Assembly (NCBI GenBank): GCA_963812745.1 | Contig: CAWEWE010000004.1 | Location: forward strand, 188,760 to 252,759 | Length of the DNA: 64,000 bases | Reading direction: 5' to 3' | Source: an uncultured Chloroflexia bacterium | GTDB taxonomy: Bacteria > Chloroflexota > Limnocylindria > Limnocylindrales > CSP1-4 | Part shown: positions 29,581 through 39,845 of the stretch, one piece after another | Numbering within the stretch: position 1 is the first letter of the stretch | How the letters are laid out: each line of letters begins with the position of its first letter | Position numbers and translations under genes: made by a program | The notes under the pieces: model-generated | Seen by the model: only the letters and a program-made list of their open reading frames with translations | The model's database searches: none | Told to the model about the DNA's origin: nothing

Positions 29581-31959
29581 TCAGGATGGCCAGGTCCAGT
29601 CACGGATCTCCGGCGGATCCTCGCCGTGCTCCCGCGCAAACGCGCGAGCCCGGAGCCGTTCGTCCACAAGGTCCTGGCGGATCCCGGCGGCGGAGGATCC
29701 CAGATCAGCCACGCGGTCGATCACGTCGATTGCCAGATGGAAGCGATCGAGATCGTTGCGCATGACCATGTCGAACGGCGTCGTGACCGTCCCCTCCTCC
29801 TTGTAGCCACGCACGTGCAGGTTGTCGTGGTTGGCTCGGCGGTACGTCAGTCGATGGATCAGCCATGGGTAGCCGTGGTACGCGAATACGATCGGCCGGT
29901 CCGTCGTGAACACGGCGTCGAACTCGCTATCGGGCAGTCCGTGTGGATGCTCCTTCGGGTCCTGGAGCCGCATGAGGTCCACGACGTTGACGAACCGCAC
30001 GCGCAGCTGCGGCAGCCGCACGCGCAGGATCGACACTGCGGCGAGCGCCTCGAGGGTCGGCACGTCACCACAGGAGGCGATGACGACGTCGGGGTCACCC
30101 GCGTCGTTGCTGGCCCAGTCCCAGATCCCGAGTCCGCGCGTGGCGTGCAGGACGGCATCGTCCATCGACAGGTACGTGAGCGCAGGCTGCTTGCCGGCCA
30201 CGATCACGTTCACGTAGTCGCGGCTGCGCAGGCAGTGGTCGGCGACGGACAGCAGCGTGTTCGTATCGGGCGGCAGGTACACGCGGATCACCTCCGCCTT
30301 CTTGTTGATGACGTGATCGATGAAGCCAGGGTCCTGGTGGCTGAAGCCATTGTGGTCCTGCCGCCAGACATGGCTGGTGAGGAGGTAGTTGAGTGACGCG
30401 ATGGGGCGGCGCCACGGGATCTCCCTGGTCATCTTCAGCCACTTTGCGTGCTGGTTGAACATCGAGTCGACCACGTGGATGAAGGCCTCATAGCAGCTGA
30501 ATAGCCCGTGGCGACCTGTGAGGAGGTACCCCTCCAACCAGCCCTGGCACAGGTGCTCCGACAGGACCTCCATCACCCGACCATCGGGTGCCAGGTGGTC
30601 GTCCGTCGATCGCACCTCGGCGACCCACGTGCGGTCGGTCGCGTCGAACACGGCATCAAGCCGGTTGGAGGATGTCTCGTCTGGGCCGAACAGCCGGAAT
30701 GACGACGGGTTGGCCGCGATCACGTCGCGCAGGAAGGCCCCAAGCACGCGCGTCGCCTCACTCGACGTCGTGGCCGGCGAACTGACCTCGACCCCGTACG
30801 CGCGAAAATCCGGGAGCCGAAGGTCCTTGAGGAGCACGCCGCCATTGGCGTGAGGATTGGCGCTCATCCGGCGCTGGTCCAGCGGGGCCAGCTCGGCAAC
30901 CTCAGACACGAGCGCGCCCGACTCGTCGAACAGCTCTTCCGGTCGATATGACCGCAGCCATGTTTCGAGTTGGCCCAGATAGCTCGGATTCGTCCGTACG
31001 TCCGACAACGGGACCTGGTGCGATCGCCACGTACCCTCGGTCGGCTTTCCATCGACCTCCTTGGGTCCCGTCCAACCCTTCGGCGTGCGCAGGATGATCA
31101 TCGGCCAGCGAGGGCGCTCGACATCTCCCGCGCGGGCGGCGGCCTTGATCCGTCCGATCTCATCGAGGACCTCGTCGAACACTTCAGCCATCGCCCGGTG
31201 GACGAAGGCCGGATCGTCGCCCGCCACGATGTACGGCGCGTACCCGTAGCCCTCGAACAGGCTGATCAGCTCTGGCTCCGGGATGCGATCGAGGACGGCG
31301 GGGTTGGCGATCTTGTACCCGTTGAGCGCGAGGATGGGGATGACCGAACCGTCGGTCGCGGGGTTCAAGAACTTGTTGGAGTGCCAGCTGGCGGCCAGGG
31401 GACCCGTCTCCGCCTCGCCATCGCCCACGACGCAGAACACGACGAGGTCAGGGTTGTCGAATGCTGCGCCGAACGCGTGGACGAGCGCGTAACCGAGCTC
31501 GCCACCCTCGTGGATGGATCCGGGTGTCTCCGGGGTCACGTGGCTGCCGACGCCGCCCGGAAAGGAGAACTGGCGGAAGAGCCGGGTCATCCCGGCTTCG
31601 TCGGACGTCAGATCCGGATAGACCTCGCCGGATGTGCCCTCCAGATAGGCGTTGGCGACCGCCGCCGGCCCGCCGTGCCCGGGACCGACGATCCAGATCG
31701 CGTCGAGGTCGCGGGCCTTGATGACCCGGTTGGCGTGGGCGTAGACGAGGTTGAGGCCGGGCGTCGTGCCCCAGTGACCGAGCAGCCGCGGCTTGGTGTG
31801 CTCCGGGCGGAGCGGCTCGCGCAGGAGCGGATTGGCCATCAGGTAGATCTGGCCGACGGACAGGAAGTTGGCCGCGCGCCAATACGCGTCGATCAGGCGG
31901 AGCTCGTCGTCGCTCAGCGGAGACGAGCCGGCCTCAGCCGGCGATGCGGTCTGGGTCAT
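29581..31959 (-). CDS. xfp: Xylulose-5-phosphate/fructose-6-phosphate phosphoketolase
   Basis: N-terminal [19 protein letters not shown]-binding [10 protein letters not shown]...GPGHGGPA, and [24 protein letters not shown]. About 792 aa from the start at 31959. Confidence 0.9.
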   Translation of the reverse strand: MTQTASPAEAGSSPLSDDELRLIDAYWRAANFLSVGQIYLMANPLLREPLRPEHTKPRLLGHWGTTPGLNLVYAHANRVIKARDLDAIWIVGPGHGGPAAVANAYLEGTSGEVYPDLTSDEAGMTRLFRQFSFPGGVGSHVTPETPGSIHEGGELGYALVHAFGAAFDNPDLVVFCVVGDGEAETGPLAASWHSNKFLNPATDGSVIPILALNGYKIANPAVLDRIPEPELISLFEGYGYAPYIVAGDDPAFVHRAMAEVFDEVLDEIGRIKAAARAGDVERPRWPMIILRTPKGWTGPKEVDGKPTEGTWRSHQVPLSDVRTNPSYLGQLETWLRSYRPEELFDESGALVSEVAELAPLDQRRMSANPHANGGVLLKDLRLPDFRAYGVEVSSPATTSSEATRVLGAFLRDVIAANPSSFRLFGPDETSSNRLDAVFDATDRTWVAEVRSTDDHLAPDGRVMEVLSEHLCQGWLEGYLLTGRHGLFSCYEAFIHVVDSMFNQHAKWLKMTREIPWRRPIASLNYLLTSHVWRQDHNGFSHQDPGFIDHVINKKAEVIRVYLPPDTNTLLSVADHCLRSRDYVNVIVAGKQPALTYLSMDDAVLHATRGLGIWDWASNDAGDPDVVIASCGDVPTLEALAAVSILRVRLPQLRVRFVNVVDLMRLQDPKEHPHGLPDSEFDAVFTTDRPIVFAYHGYPWLIHRLTYRRANHDNLHVRGYKEEGTVTTPFDMVMRNDLDRFHLAIDVIDRVADLGSSAAGIRQDLVDERLRARAFAREHGEDPPEIRDWTWPS

Positions 31960-32030
31960 CGATACCTCGTCGGTCGCCTCTGGGGTCACCAGGTCCAGCC
32001 TACCCCGACGGCTCGACCGACGGGTTCTGG

Positions 32031-32969
32031 TCAGGCCGTCGCCACGACGGCGGTCTCCTCTCGATGCGCGACCCCTGCCCGCGGCCGGGCGATCAGCACC
32101 GACGCCGCCGCAAGGTGCAGGACAGAGCGCGACACGCTGCCGACGAGCCACCGATGCAAGCTGCCCATATCCCTTGCCCCCAGGACGATGACATCGGCCC
32201 GCCACGTTTCGGCCTCATCGAGGATCCTCTCGACGACTTCCCCGTCCGCGACCACCGAGGCTCCCTCCACGTGACGCTGCCGTAGGCGCTCCGCGGTCAC
32301 CTCTGCCGCCGTCTGGGCTCGATGCTTGGCGATCTCGACCGCGTCGGCGTAGACCTCGATCGACGTCGTGCCGTCGACAGGCGAGATGCCCGTCCACCAG
32401 GGCATGCCTGGATCGGCAACGCTGACGACCCGGATCCGGGCCTCGTCGAAGAGACCGCTCCCGGCGATGAAGTCGGCCGCGGCGGCGGCGCCAGGCGAGC
32501 CGTCGGTCGCGAGCATGACCCGCTCGACGCGGGCGTGACGGGCGACGAGGACGGGGCATGAGGCGTGGTCGACAACCTCGGACGAGACTGAACCGAGCAG
32601 GAGCCGGCGCACGGTGCTCAGGCCGCGCGCACCCATCACGATGAGGTCAGCGCCGAAGTGGGCGGCCTCGGCGACGATCTCGGTCGCCGGTCTACCCTGG
32701 AGGACGCGAACCCCGGTGTGGGTCTCGCCTTTCCGCACGCGATCCGCGATGTCAAGAAGGCGGCGTGCGACGTCGTCACGTATGCGCTCTCGGTCGGTGG
32801 GCGGATCGACACGGATCACGTTGGGCCACGTGCTCCCCTCGGGCGCGAACGAATCCGGGATGACACTCACGACCTCGATCGTGGATTCGGCCGGCATGGA
32901 TAAGGCGGCCGTCGCCGCAACAGCGGACATCGACGCATCGGAGCCGTCGACCGCGAGCAGGATCTTCAT
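32031..32969 (-). CDS. Tandem-domain universal stress protein
   Basis: Two Usp repeats, each ending in the ...GARG(L/M)...LLGSVS..V...A..PVL(V/I)AR-like motif. Start [13 protein letters not shown] at 32969. Confidence 0.75.
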   Translation of the reverse strand: MKILLAVDGSDASMSAVAATAALSMPAESTIEVVSVIPDSFAPEGSTWPNVIRVDPPTDRERIRDDVARRLLDIADRVRKGETHTGVRVLQGRPATEIVAEAAHFGADLIVMGARGLSTVRRLLLGSVSSEVVDHASCPVLVARHARVERVMLATDGSPGAAAAADFIAGSGLFDEARIRVVSVADPGMPWWTGISPVDGTTSIEVYADAVEIAKHRAQTAAEVTAERLRQRHVEGASVVADGEVVERILDEAETWRADVIVLGARDMGSLHRWLVGSVSRSVLHLAAASVLIARPRAGVAHREETAVVATA

Positions 32970-33093
32970 TCGTATGCCTCCTTCGATCGTCACGGTGCGG
33001 CACGAGCGGGCGACCTGGGATGTGCCACTTGCACCGCTTCCGCGTGACGCTCGGCCCGACCACGGACTCGGCTCCTCGTGGGAGCATGGGGCC

Positions 33094-35640
33094 ATGTCTC
33101 AGGTCGTGACCGGCTTCGATCGGCCGGATGTGTCCGGCGCACATGCGATGGCGGTGGATGCGGTCGCAGCGAGGCTCGCGGTCGAGCCTATGCATGGCCT
33201 GACGCCGCACGAGGTGGAGCGGCGTGAGGCGTTGTTCGGGTCGAACGAGGTCGAGCCGGCCGCGCGACCGACGCTCTGGTCGATCGCCTGGCACGCCGTG
33301 CGCGAGCCGTTCGTCGTCCTCCTGTTCGTCGCCGGTGTCCTCGCGGTGCTACTCGGCGAGGTGCGCGACGGTGCGCTCGTCCTGGTCGGCCTTCTGCCCA
33401 TCGTGGGTGCTGACGTGCTCACGACGTATCGCTCGGAGCGGGCCTTGGAGACGCTTCGCGCGGCTGGGGCGCCGACCGCGCGGCTACGCCGGGGCGGCGT
33501 CGTCGAAGACGTACCCGCCGCCCGACTCGTTCCTGGTGACGTCGTCCTGCTCCGGGGAGGCGAGATCGTACCGGCCGACGTCCGGCTGACGCTCGCTGAT
33601 CGCCTATTGATCGATCGGAGCGCGCTGACGGGCGAATCGATCCCCGAGCTCAGCTCGGTCGAGCCAGACCCGGGGCCAGCGCCCATCGCCGACCGGCGAT
33701 CCGTGGCGTATGCGGGCACTGCCGTCGTCGCCGGGCGTGGTGAGGGCATCGTGATCGCGACCGGTCCGGCGACGGAGTTCGGCCGTATCGCTCGCGGACT
33801 CGCCCAAACCGAGCGCCGCAGATCGCCCCTTCAGCGCGAGCTCGACCGGCTCGTACGGATCCTTCTGGTCGTCGCGATCGGCCTGATCGTGATCACGTCG
33901 GGACTGGGCTTCCTGCGCGGGAACTCGTTGGGCGAGAACGTCCTCGCCGGTATCGCTGCCGCGATCGCGGCGATCCCCGAGGAACCACCTGTCCTGCTTG
34001 CGGTGATCCTCGGACTCGGCGCCTTTCGCCTATTACGGCGCGGGGTACTCGTCCGGCGGCTCTCCGCGGAGGAGACGCTCGGTGCCGTGGATCTGATCAT
34101 CACCGACAAGACCGGCACGCTGACGGCCAACCGCCTCGCGATCAGCGAGGTCCTGACGCCGGCGGGGGCCGTCCTCGACCCGTCTTCCAGGACCGCTGTG
34201 CTCGCGCTCGCGATCCGTGCCGAGGAGGACGCGTGGCACCTCGACGCCGGAGCCCGGCCCGGATCGTTCACGCAGGCGCTCCTGACCGAGGTCGGCGGCG
34301 ACGCGGCCATGGCGCAGCTCGATCGCGACGCGCTCATCTCCGCGGACGGGCCGAGCGACGGACGCCCGTGGTCGCGTACCTGGAGCCGACGGGCCGGGGT
34401 CGAGGAAGGCTTGGCCATCGGGGCACCCGAGGCGGTCCTGGACCTGTGGGAAGGCGATGGCGACCAGGGTGCATGGCGCGGACTCGTCGAGCGCGAGGCC
34501 GCTCGCGGCGGTCGTCTCCTCCTGCTCGCACGCGCGATCGACCCAAGGTCGTGGCGTCCAGTCGCGGTCATCGCGTTCGCCGATCCCCTGCGCGATGGCG
34601 TCAGCGAGGCCATCGGACTCGCGCGGGGCGCTGGCATCCAGACGGTCGTCGTCACGGGCGATCACCCGACGACGGCCACCACCATCGCCCGCGAGGCGGG
34701 CATCGATCCGGACCGTGTCGTCCTCGGCAGCGACCTTGCGGCGTGGTCGGACACTCAGCTCCGAGAGCGCCTTGCGGGTCTGTCGGTCGTAGCGAGGGCC
34801 GTGCCCGAGGACAAGCTTCGGCTCGTCGATATCGCGCGGACGGCCGGGCGGACCGTCGCGGTAACCGGGGACGGCGTGAACGATGCGCCGGCGCTCCAGC
34901 ACGCAGACGTCGCGGTCGCGATGGGGAGTGGGACCGCCGTCGCCAAGGAGGCGTCGGATCTGGTCCTCGGCGATGACTCCTTCGCGACGCTGATGTACGG
35001 GTTGCGCGAGGGCCGGCGGATCGTCGCGAACGTGCAAAAGGGCCTCGTATTCCTCGTTTCGACCCACGTCGCGCTGCTCGGTTTCATCCTGATCGCAACG
35101 CTCGCGGGAATCTCGCAGCCCCTGCTCCCACTCCAGATCCTGTGGCTCGAGCTGTTCATCGACCTGTCGACATCGGTCGCGTTCGAGCGTGAGCGCGAAG
35201 AGCCGGACGCGATGACGCGCCCGCCGCGCCCCCGCGGGCGGCCGCTCCTGGATACCCCGCTCCTGGTCAGGATCGCGATCGCGGGCGGCTTCAGTGCAGT
35301 GGCTGCTCTCGTGCTGATGCTCGTGCATGACGGCTCCGATGACCACGTTCGGTGGCTCGCCTACACGGCGCTGGTGGTCGCCCAGGTCGTGCGCGCCTAT
35401 GCCAATCGCAGCTTGACCCGACCGGTCGTCACGCTTCCGCGCAACGGAGTGCTGCTGGCGGCATGTCTCGTGGTCGTCGCGGTGCAGATCCTGATCCCGC
35501 TGGTCCCGCCGCTGGCAGAGGCGTTCCACGCGACGCCGCTCGACCTCGTCGACTGGGGCTTCGTGCTGCTGATCGCTTTGGCGCCTGCCGTCGTCGCCGA
35601 GGTCATCCGGGCCACGACGCACCGCGAGTGGGTCGCCTGA
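33094..35640 (+). CDS. P-type (HAD-like, P2-type) cation-transporting ATPase
   Basis: Phosphorylation motif DKTGTLT, TGES, GDGVNDAPAL, and the cation-ATPase N-terminal domain (LTPHEVERREALFGSNE). The start at 33094 avoids the antisense overlap with usp. Confidence 0.88.
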   Translation: MSQVVTGFDRPDVSGAHAMAVDAVAARLAVEPMHGLTPHEVERREALFGSNEVEPAARPTLWSIAWHAVREPFVVLLFVAGVLAVLLGEVRDGALVLVGLLPIVGADVLTTYRSERALETLRAAGAPTARLRRGGVVEDVPAARLVPGDVVLLRGGEIVPADVRLTLADRLLIDRSALTGESIPELSSVEPDPGPAPIADRRSVAYAGTAVVAGRGEGIVIATGPATEFGRIARGLAQTERRRSPLQRELDRLVRILLVVAIGLIVITSGLGFLRGNSLGENVLAGIAAAIAAIPEEPPVLLAVILGLGAFRLLRRGVLVRRLSAEETLGAVDLIITDKTGTLTANRLAISEVLTPAGAVLDPSSRTAVLALAIRAEEDAWHLDAGARPGSFTQALLTEVGGDAAMAQLDRDALISADGPSDGRPWSRTWSRRAGVEEGLAIGAPEAVLDLWEGDGDQGAWRGLVEREAARGGRLLLLARAIDPRSWRPVAVIAFADPLRDGVSEAIGLARGAGIQTVVVTGDHPTTATTIAREAGIDPDRVVLGSDLAAWSDTQLRERLAGLSVVARAVPEDKLRLVDIARTAGRTVAVTGDGVNDAPALQHADVAVAMGSGTAVAKEASDLVLGDDSFATLMYGLREGRRIVANVQKGLVFLVSTHVALLGFILIATLAGISQPLLPLQILWLELFIDLSTSVAFEREREEPDAMTRPPRPRGRPLLDTPLLVRIAIAGGFSAVAALVLMLVHDGSDDHVRWLAYTALVVAQVVRAYANRSLTRPVVTLPRNGVLLAACLVVVAVQILIPLVPPLAEAFHATPLDLVDWGFVLLIALAPAVVAEVIRATTHREWVA

Positions 35641-35690
35641 CCCTGGCCAGGAGTCCTGGGATCGGGTGACGTTCGGCCCTCGCGCGCCCG

Positions 35691-36239
35691 ATGACGTCGG
35701 CGCAGCCTGTGGTCATGAGCGACCCTCGACTGCCGCCGGGCATCCACATCCGCCCTATTCGGCGCGGCGACACCGTCGCGCTCGAGCGCTTCTATGCCGG
35801 GCTGTCGCCCGATTCGCTCGACGCGCGGTTCCATGGCGCGACTCGCGGCATCGAGGACCTGACGGCGCAGCTGTTCTGCGGGCCCGACCATCGCCACCGC
35901 GAGGGGCTGGTCGCTGTCGAACGTATGCATGCCGGGCGCGAGGTGATCGTCGGCCACCTCTGCCTGGAGCCGATCGACGGCACATCCGATCTCGAGATGG
36001 CCGTCGCGGTGGCCGACGCATGGCAGCGCCGCGGCATCGGCCGCGCCCTGCTCGCGGCTGCCATGGAGTGGGCTCCCGCCCATGGCGTCGCCGCGTTGCG
36101 CGCCGCGATCCGCTGGAGTAACCCGGCGATCATCGGCCTGCTGCGTTCGGTCAACCGACCGATGACGATCGTGAACGATGGCGGGGGTGATCTCGAGGCC
36201 GTCATCCAGGTCGGTGGCGAGATCCCGGTCGCGGCCTGA
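35691..36239 (+). CDS. GNAT family N-acetyltransferase
   Basis: Acetyl-CoA-binding motif WQRRGIGRALLAAAMEWA. Confidence 0.65.
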   Translation: MTSAQPVVMSDPRLPPGIHIRPIRRGDTVALERFYAGLSPDSLDARFHGATRGIEDLTAQLFCGPDHRHREGLVAVERMHAGREVIVGHLCLEPIDGTSDLEMAVAVADAWQRRGIGRALLAAAMEWAPAHGVAALRAAIRWSNPAIIGLLRSVNRPMTIVNDGGGDLEAVIQVGGEIPVAA

Positions 36240-36274
36240 CCCAAGTCGCTTGCAGAGCCCCGGACACGGACGAC

Positions 36275-36293
36275 GCGAGCCGTGTCGGCTCGC
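36275..36293 (+). terminator. Terminator-like hairpin downstream of the GNAT gene
   Basis: GCGAGCCG-TGT-CGGCTCGC (8-bp stem) with no U-tract, as is common in high-GC genomes. Confidence 0.35.
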
Positions 36294-36541
36294 GCGCAAA
36301 TCCGGGTTCAACGGCAGATGCCAAAGTATCCGCATCCCCATGTTCCACCAGGGCGAGCGAGGCCGGATGCGCTGCGAACGTCGGGGGCTGAGGTATTTGA
36401 AACCAAGTGCTGCCCCGATGCGATGTAGCGACGCGAATCAGAACATCGCGACGCCCCGGTGTCGGTCAACGGCGAACGGGCAGGAGCCGACCACGGGGGC
36501 GACGTCTGGCAGATGCGAGCCACCATCCCCGGCCCGTTGGA

Positions 36542-36916
36542 TCAGTGGTGCTTTTCGCTCGCGTCCGCCTCAGCCTTGGTGCGATGGATCGTTCCCTCGG
36601 CATGCTGAGGGGGTGCATAGACCGTATAGAGCTTGAGGTCGCCCGTTCCCGCATTCACCAGGTTGTGGCGAGTGCCCGCCGGCACGTGGACCAGGTGCCC
36701 GGGATGGACGGGGCTCCGCTGGCCCTCGAGCACAGCAAGCCCCTCCCCTTCGAGGCAGACAAGCACCTGATCGACGCGGTCGTGGACCTCCTCTCCGATC
36801 TCCCCGCCCGGCGGGATGCTCATCACGACGATTTGGCAGTGCGGCCCGGTCGAGAGCACCTCCCGGAACCAGCCGTTGGCCTTGGCGCGTGCCACGATGT
36901 CCTGGTTGAACGACAC
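36542..36916 (-). CDS. Cupin domain protein
   Basis: GGEIGEEVHDRVDQVLVCLEGEG ... PAGTRHNLVNAG cupin motifs. Confidence 0.65.
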   Translation of the reverse strand: MSFNQDIVARAKANGWFREVLSTGPHCQIVVMSIPPGGEIGEEVHDRVDQVLVCLEGEGLAVLEGQRSPVHPGHLVHVPAGTRHNLVNAGTGDLKLYTVYAPPQHAEGTIHRTKAEADASEKHH

Positions 36917-37266
36917 GTCGACCTCCTTGTAGCCCGAAGTCTCCCCACGCAGGCGGCCACTGACCAGAGCCGCATGGACCCAAACGCGAAGCGGAATGGG
37001 CCTCGTACTCGCGCCCTCGAAGCCTATGGTCTGTCGGCCGATGACGGCCTGAAGGCGGTGCAGCGGTGGCCGCCCAGCCGATCTGATCGAACATCGACAC
37101 TCCCGGCGGGCGTCCGAATCGGCAACGAGAACGACCTGGGCAAGTGGTTGATTTCGCGCTCGTTGTCGACCGCCGTGAAGTCACCCATCGCAACGTCGAA
37201 CGTTGGCAGCAATCGTTCCCTTGACGAATTCGAGCGCGGCACCGATGGCGCCGCGCCCGACACGGT

Positions 37267-37668
37267 TCAGCGTGCGACGACGACTGTCGCGGCCGCGTTG
37301 GTCGCGACGTGCTCGGACACGCTTCCTTGCATGATCCGACCGAGCGTCCCTAGACCGCGGGACCCGACGACGATCATGTCGAACTTCCCAGCCTCGGCGA
37401 TCTTCTCGATCTCCTTCGCAGGATCGCCCGCCGATTCGATCATCTCGGCCGCGATCCCGTTCTGGGTGAGCAAGTCCCGCGCCTCGCGCAGCTCCTGCTC
37501 ATGTACAGAGCGATCGTCCCACGGATCCACCGGCGAGCGCCCAGGATGCACCGGGACGACACTTACGACCGAGAGGCTCGCATCGAGCTTCTTGGTCAGG
37601 TCGATGGCGACGTCGAGCGCCTTCCGCGCGGGTGCTCCGCCATCGTAGGCCAGCAGAATGTTCTTCAT
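37267..37668 (-). CDS. Universal stress protein
   Basis: MKNILLAYDGGAPARKALDVAIDL...MIVVGSRGLGTLGRIMQGSVSEHVATNAAATVVVAR. Start at 37668 with AGGAGACGGG SD. The track ORF upstream extension is Arg-rich junk. Confidence 0.8.
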   Translation of the reverse strand: MKNILLAYDGGAPARKALDVAIDLTKKLDASLSVVSVVPVHPGRSPVDPWDDRSVHEQELREARDLLTQNGIAAEMIESAGDPAKEIEKIAEAGKFDMIVVGSRGLGTLGRIMQGSVSEHVATNAAATVVVAR

Positions 37669-37865
37669 CTCCCGTCTCCTCGTGCCTCCGCCCCTGCCGG
37701 CGATCCGGGGCCCGGCGCCGCGACAGGATGGCGTCCGGGCCCCGTTGAGTCGCCCTACGGTCCACTCGGTCCCGCTTGGACGGCTGTCATGCCGATCGTC
37801 GAGTTCCGGATGGACGGAGCCTAGAGCCGGGCGTCCCGAGTTCATAGGCGGTCTGGCAGGGTGGC

Positions 37866-38597
37866 CTACGCGACCCGCAGTGTCCGCCCGACGTCGGCGA
37901 GCAGCGCGGCGCCATCGCCCCACGCCGCCGGGTGATCCGGTCGCAGATGCGCGGCTTCGGAAAGCACGGTTCGCGCGAACGGCCGCAGGTCTCGAGCAGC
38001 GATCGACATGCCCCGGTGCCGCGCCGCTGCGTCCTGGATGAACGCGGCATATCGCGCCAGCGGCGTTGCGCGGGCCAGCTGCTCCTCGAAGCCCGGCACG
38101 TAATCGACCGTCACGAGCAGTCGACCGAAGAATGCACCGACGGCGTCGGCTCCTTCGTCCCATCCCTGGGAGTGCCCACCCCGGCGGAGGATCGGCGCCG
38201 ACGATGTGAACGCCACGATCGCCGTGCCGTCGATGAGCTCCGCATCGCAACGTCCACCGAAGCCGAGATAGCCGTTCGACTCGCCGAGACGGTCGAGGAT
38301 GCGGATCTCGCCCCACGAGACACCTGTCGAGAACGGCATTCGACTGTCACGGGTGATCGTCTGATGCGTGCCGCGACCTCCACGGCTCGACCAGAACTCG
38401 ACCACCTCGGGGTCGTAATGGCGGAGGGTCGGGCGCTCACGCAGCGCGACGATCAGCGACGCCGGCCCGGGTCGGTCGGGTAGGTCGGGATCCGCCAGGA
38501 AGCCCCACGGCTCAAGGCGGCGGGCAGCGGACTGCAGACTCGGTCGCGGCTCGCTGCCCCCTGGTGGGTCCGCTCGCGAGGAATCCACTGCAGTCAC
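37866..38597 (-). CDS. Hypothetical protein
   Basis: A 243-aa ORF with GC-rich third positions and a 4-nt overlap with the downstream GlsB-like gene. No motif recognised. Confidence 0.45.
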   Translation of the reverse strand: MTAVDSSRADPPGGSEPRPSLQSAARRLEPWGFLADPDLPDRPGPASLIVALRERPTLRHYDPEVVEFWSSRGGRGTHQTITRDSRMPFSTGVSWGEIRILDRLGESNGYLGFGGRCDAELIDGTAIVAFTSSAPILRRGGHSQGWDEGADAVGAFFGRLLVTVDYVPGFEEQLARATPLARYAAFIQDAAARHRGMSIAARDLRPFARTVLSEAAHLRPDHPAAWGDGAALLADVGRTLRVA

Positions 38598-38914
38598 GCG
38601 GACATCGGCCGGCGATGGAATGGGCTGCTGCCGGTAACGAAGCGACCGACCAGCGTGGCGAGCACACCGCCGATGAGCCCACCAAGCAGCGCCTCGTCGA
38701 AGGCGAGGCCATCCACGATCGGCTGGATCTCATCGATCGTCGCCGTGGCGAAGAGCGCCTCGCTCATGTATAGCCCGCCGACGAACCAGCCGGCCGCGCC
38801 GAGGACCCACAGCCACGGCGTCTCGGCTCGGCCGACGAGCTGGGCGACCGCGCCGAAGGCGAGCGCGACGATGACCAGGATGCCGAGCCCGGTCAGTCCG
38901 AGGTCGTACTGCAT
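38594..38914 (-). CDS. GlsB/YeaQ/YmgE family stress-response membrane protein
   Basis: Small Gly-rich membrane protein (GLGILVIVALAFGAVAQLVG...GAAGWFVGGLYM...GGLIGGVLATLVG). Paralogue of 61910..62227. Confidence 0.55.
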   Translation of the reverse strand: MQYDLGLTGLGILVIVALAFGAVAQLVGRAETPWLWVLGAAGWFVGGLYMSEALFATATIDEIQPIVDGLAFDEALLGGLIGGVLATLVGRFVTGSSPFHRRPMSA

Positions 38915-39131
38915 GTCGTCCGCGCTCCTTTCCCTGTGTGACGGACGTGTCCAAGCTCATGCTCGGAGGAAGGTCATCGAGCCGCCAGTGCCGTGTAGCG
39001 CTCCGCGAGAAGGCCGAAGTGCCTGATGTCCATCCCGGGCGACACGACGTGCCGGGCGGCTCCGGCGTTGGTGACAGATGGCCCGTGATGCCGCTTTCGC
39101 GGACCGGCACGATCGGCACAAGGAGCGTGCC

Positions 39132-39371
39132 ATGAGCGCAGGTGCCTTTCACGGACGCCGGGATCCCACGGAGCGCGCCTTGCGCGTGGAGGCGGGCGAG
39201 GTCGTCTGTCCGCGGCGCGGCCTCGTCGATATCGAGGATTGCTGGATCTGCCCGGACTACCGGGGATTGTCCGACGGGCGTGTCGAGTCGTTGATGTGTG
39301 GCCTGACCGAGGAAACGCTGGCCAGCGCGTACTGGGCGCTCGACCGCAGCCCTGGCTCGGATCGCGACTGA
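39132..39371 (+). CDS. Hypothetical small Cys-containing protein (79 aa)
   Basis: AAGGAG SD 6 nt upstream of ATG 39132. Sequence contains CPRRG...CWICPDY...MCGL. GC-rich third positions. Confidence 0.4.
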   Translation: MSAGAFHGRRDPTERALRVEAGEVVCPRRGLVDIEDCWICPDYRGLSDGRVESLMCGLTEETLASAYWALDRSPGSDRD

Positions 39372-39374
39372 GCC

Positions 39375-39845
39375 GTGATGGAGCGCCTGACCGAGCCACT
39401 CGTCGCCCTGATCGGTCGCCTGCTGCCCGGTCTGCCTGCGATCTCGATGCGGACCCTGGCCGCCATCGGCCGCGACGAGCGACCAGCGCCCGGAACCTTC
39501 CTCATGCGAGAAGGTCGCCCGACGCTCGACCTCGGTCTGATCGTCGAGGGCCGGCTGGCCGTGCGTGACCGGATCCGCCAGGACGACGTCACGCTCATGA
39601 CCCTCGAGGCCGGTGACGTCTTCGGCTGGTCGGCGGTACTCGACGGCGTCTCGACCGCGTCGATCGTCGCGCTCGACGGCGCGCGGGTCCTCTTGTTCAG
39701 GCGGGAGGCGATGCTTTCTGCGTTCGAGGGCGACAGTACGATCGCCATCGTCATCTACCGGCGCCTCCTCGAGGCGGTGGCGAGCCGACTCGATGCAACC
39801 CGCCTCCTCATGCGCGACGTGTATGCCGGGGGGCGCGCGTCATGA
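39375..39845 (+). CDS. Cyclic-nucleotide-binding (cNMP/CAP-effector) domain protein without a DNA-binding domain
   Basis: FLMREGRP..DLGLIVEGRLAV...LEAGDVFGWSAVL... resembles the cNMP-binding beta-roll. The stop overlaps the hydrogenase diaphorase start (ATGA). Confidence 0.55.
   Translation: MMERLTEPLVALIGRLLPGLPAISMRTLAAIGRDERPAPGTFLMREGRPTLDLGLIVEGRLAVRDRIRQDDVTLMTLEAGDVFGWSAVLDGVSTASIVALDGARVLLFRREAMLSAFEGDSTIAIVIYRRLLEAVASRLDATRLLMRDVYAGGRAS

Noticed and set aside
32614-33093. An N-terminal extension of the P-type ATPase ORF
   Set aside because: It overlaps the tandem Usp gene on the opposite strand. The cation-ATPase N-terminal domain begins just after ATG 33094.
34033-35622. A 529-aa minus-strand ORF
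   Set aside because: It is antisense to the P-type ATPase.
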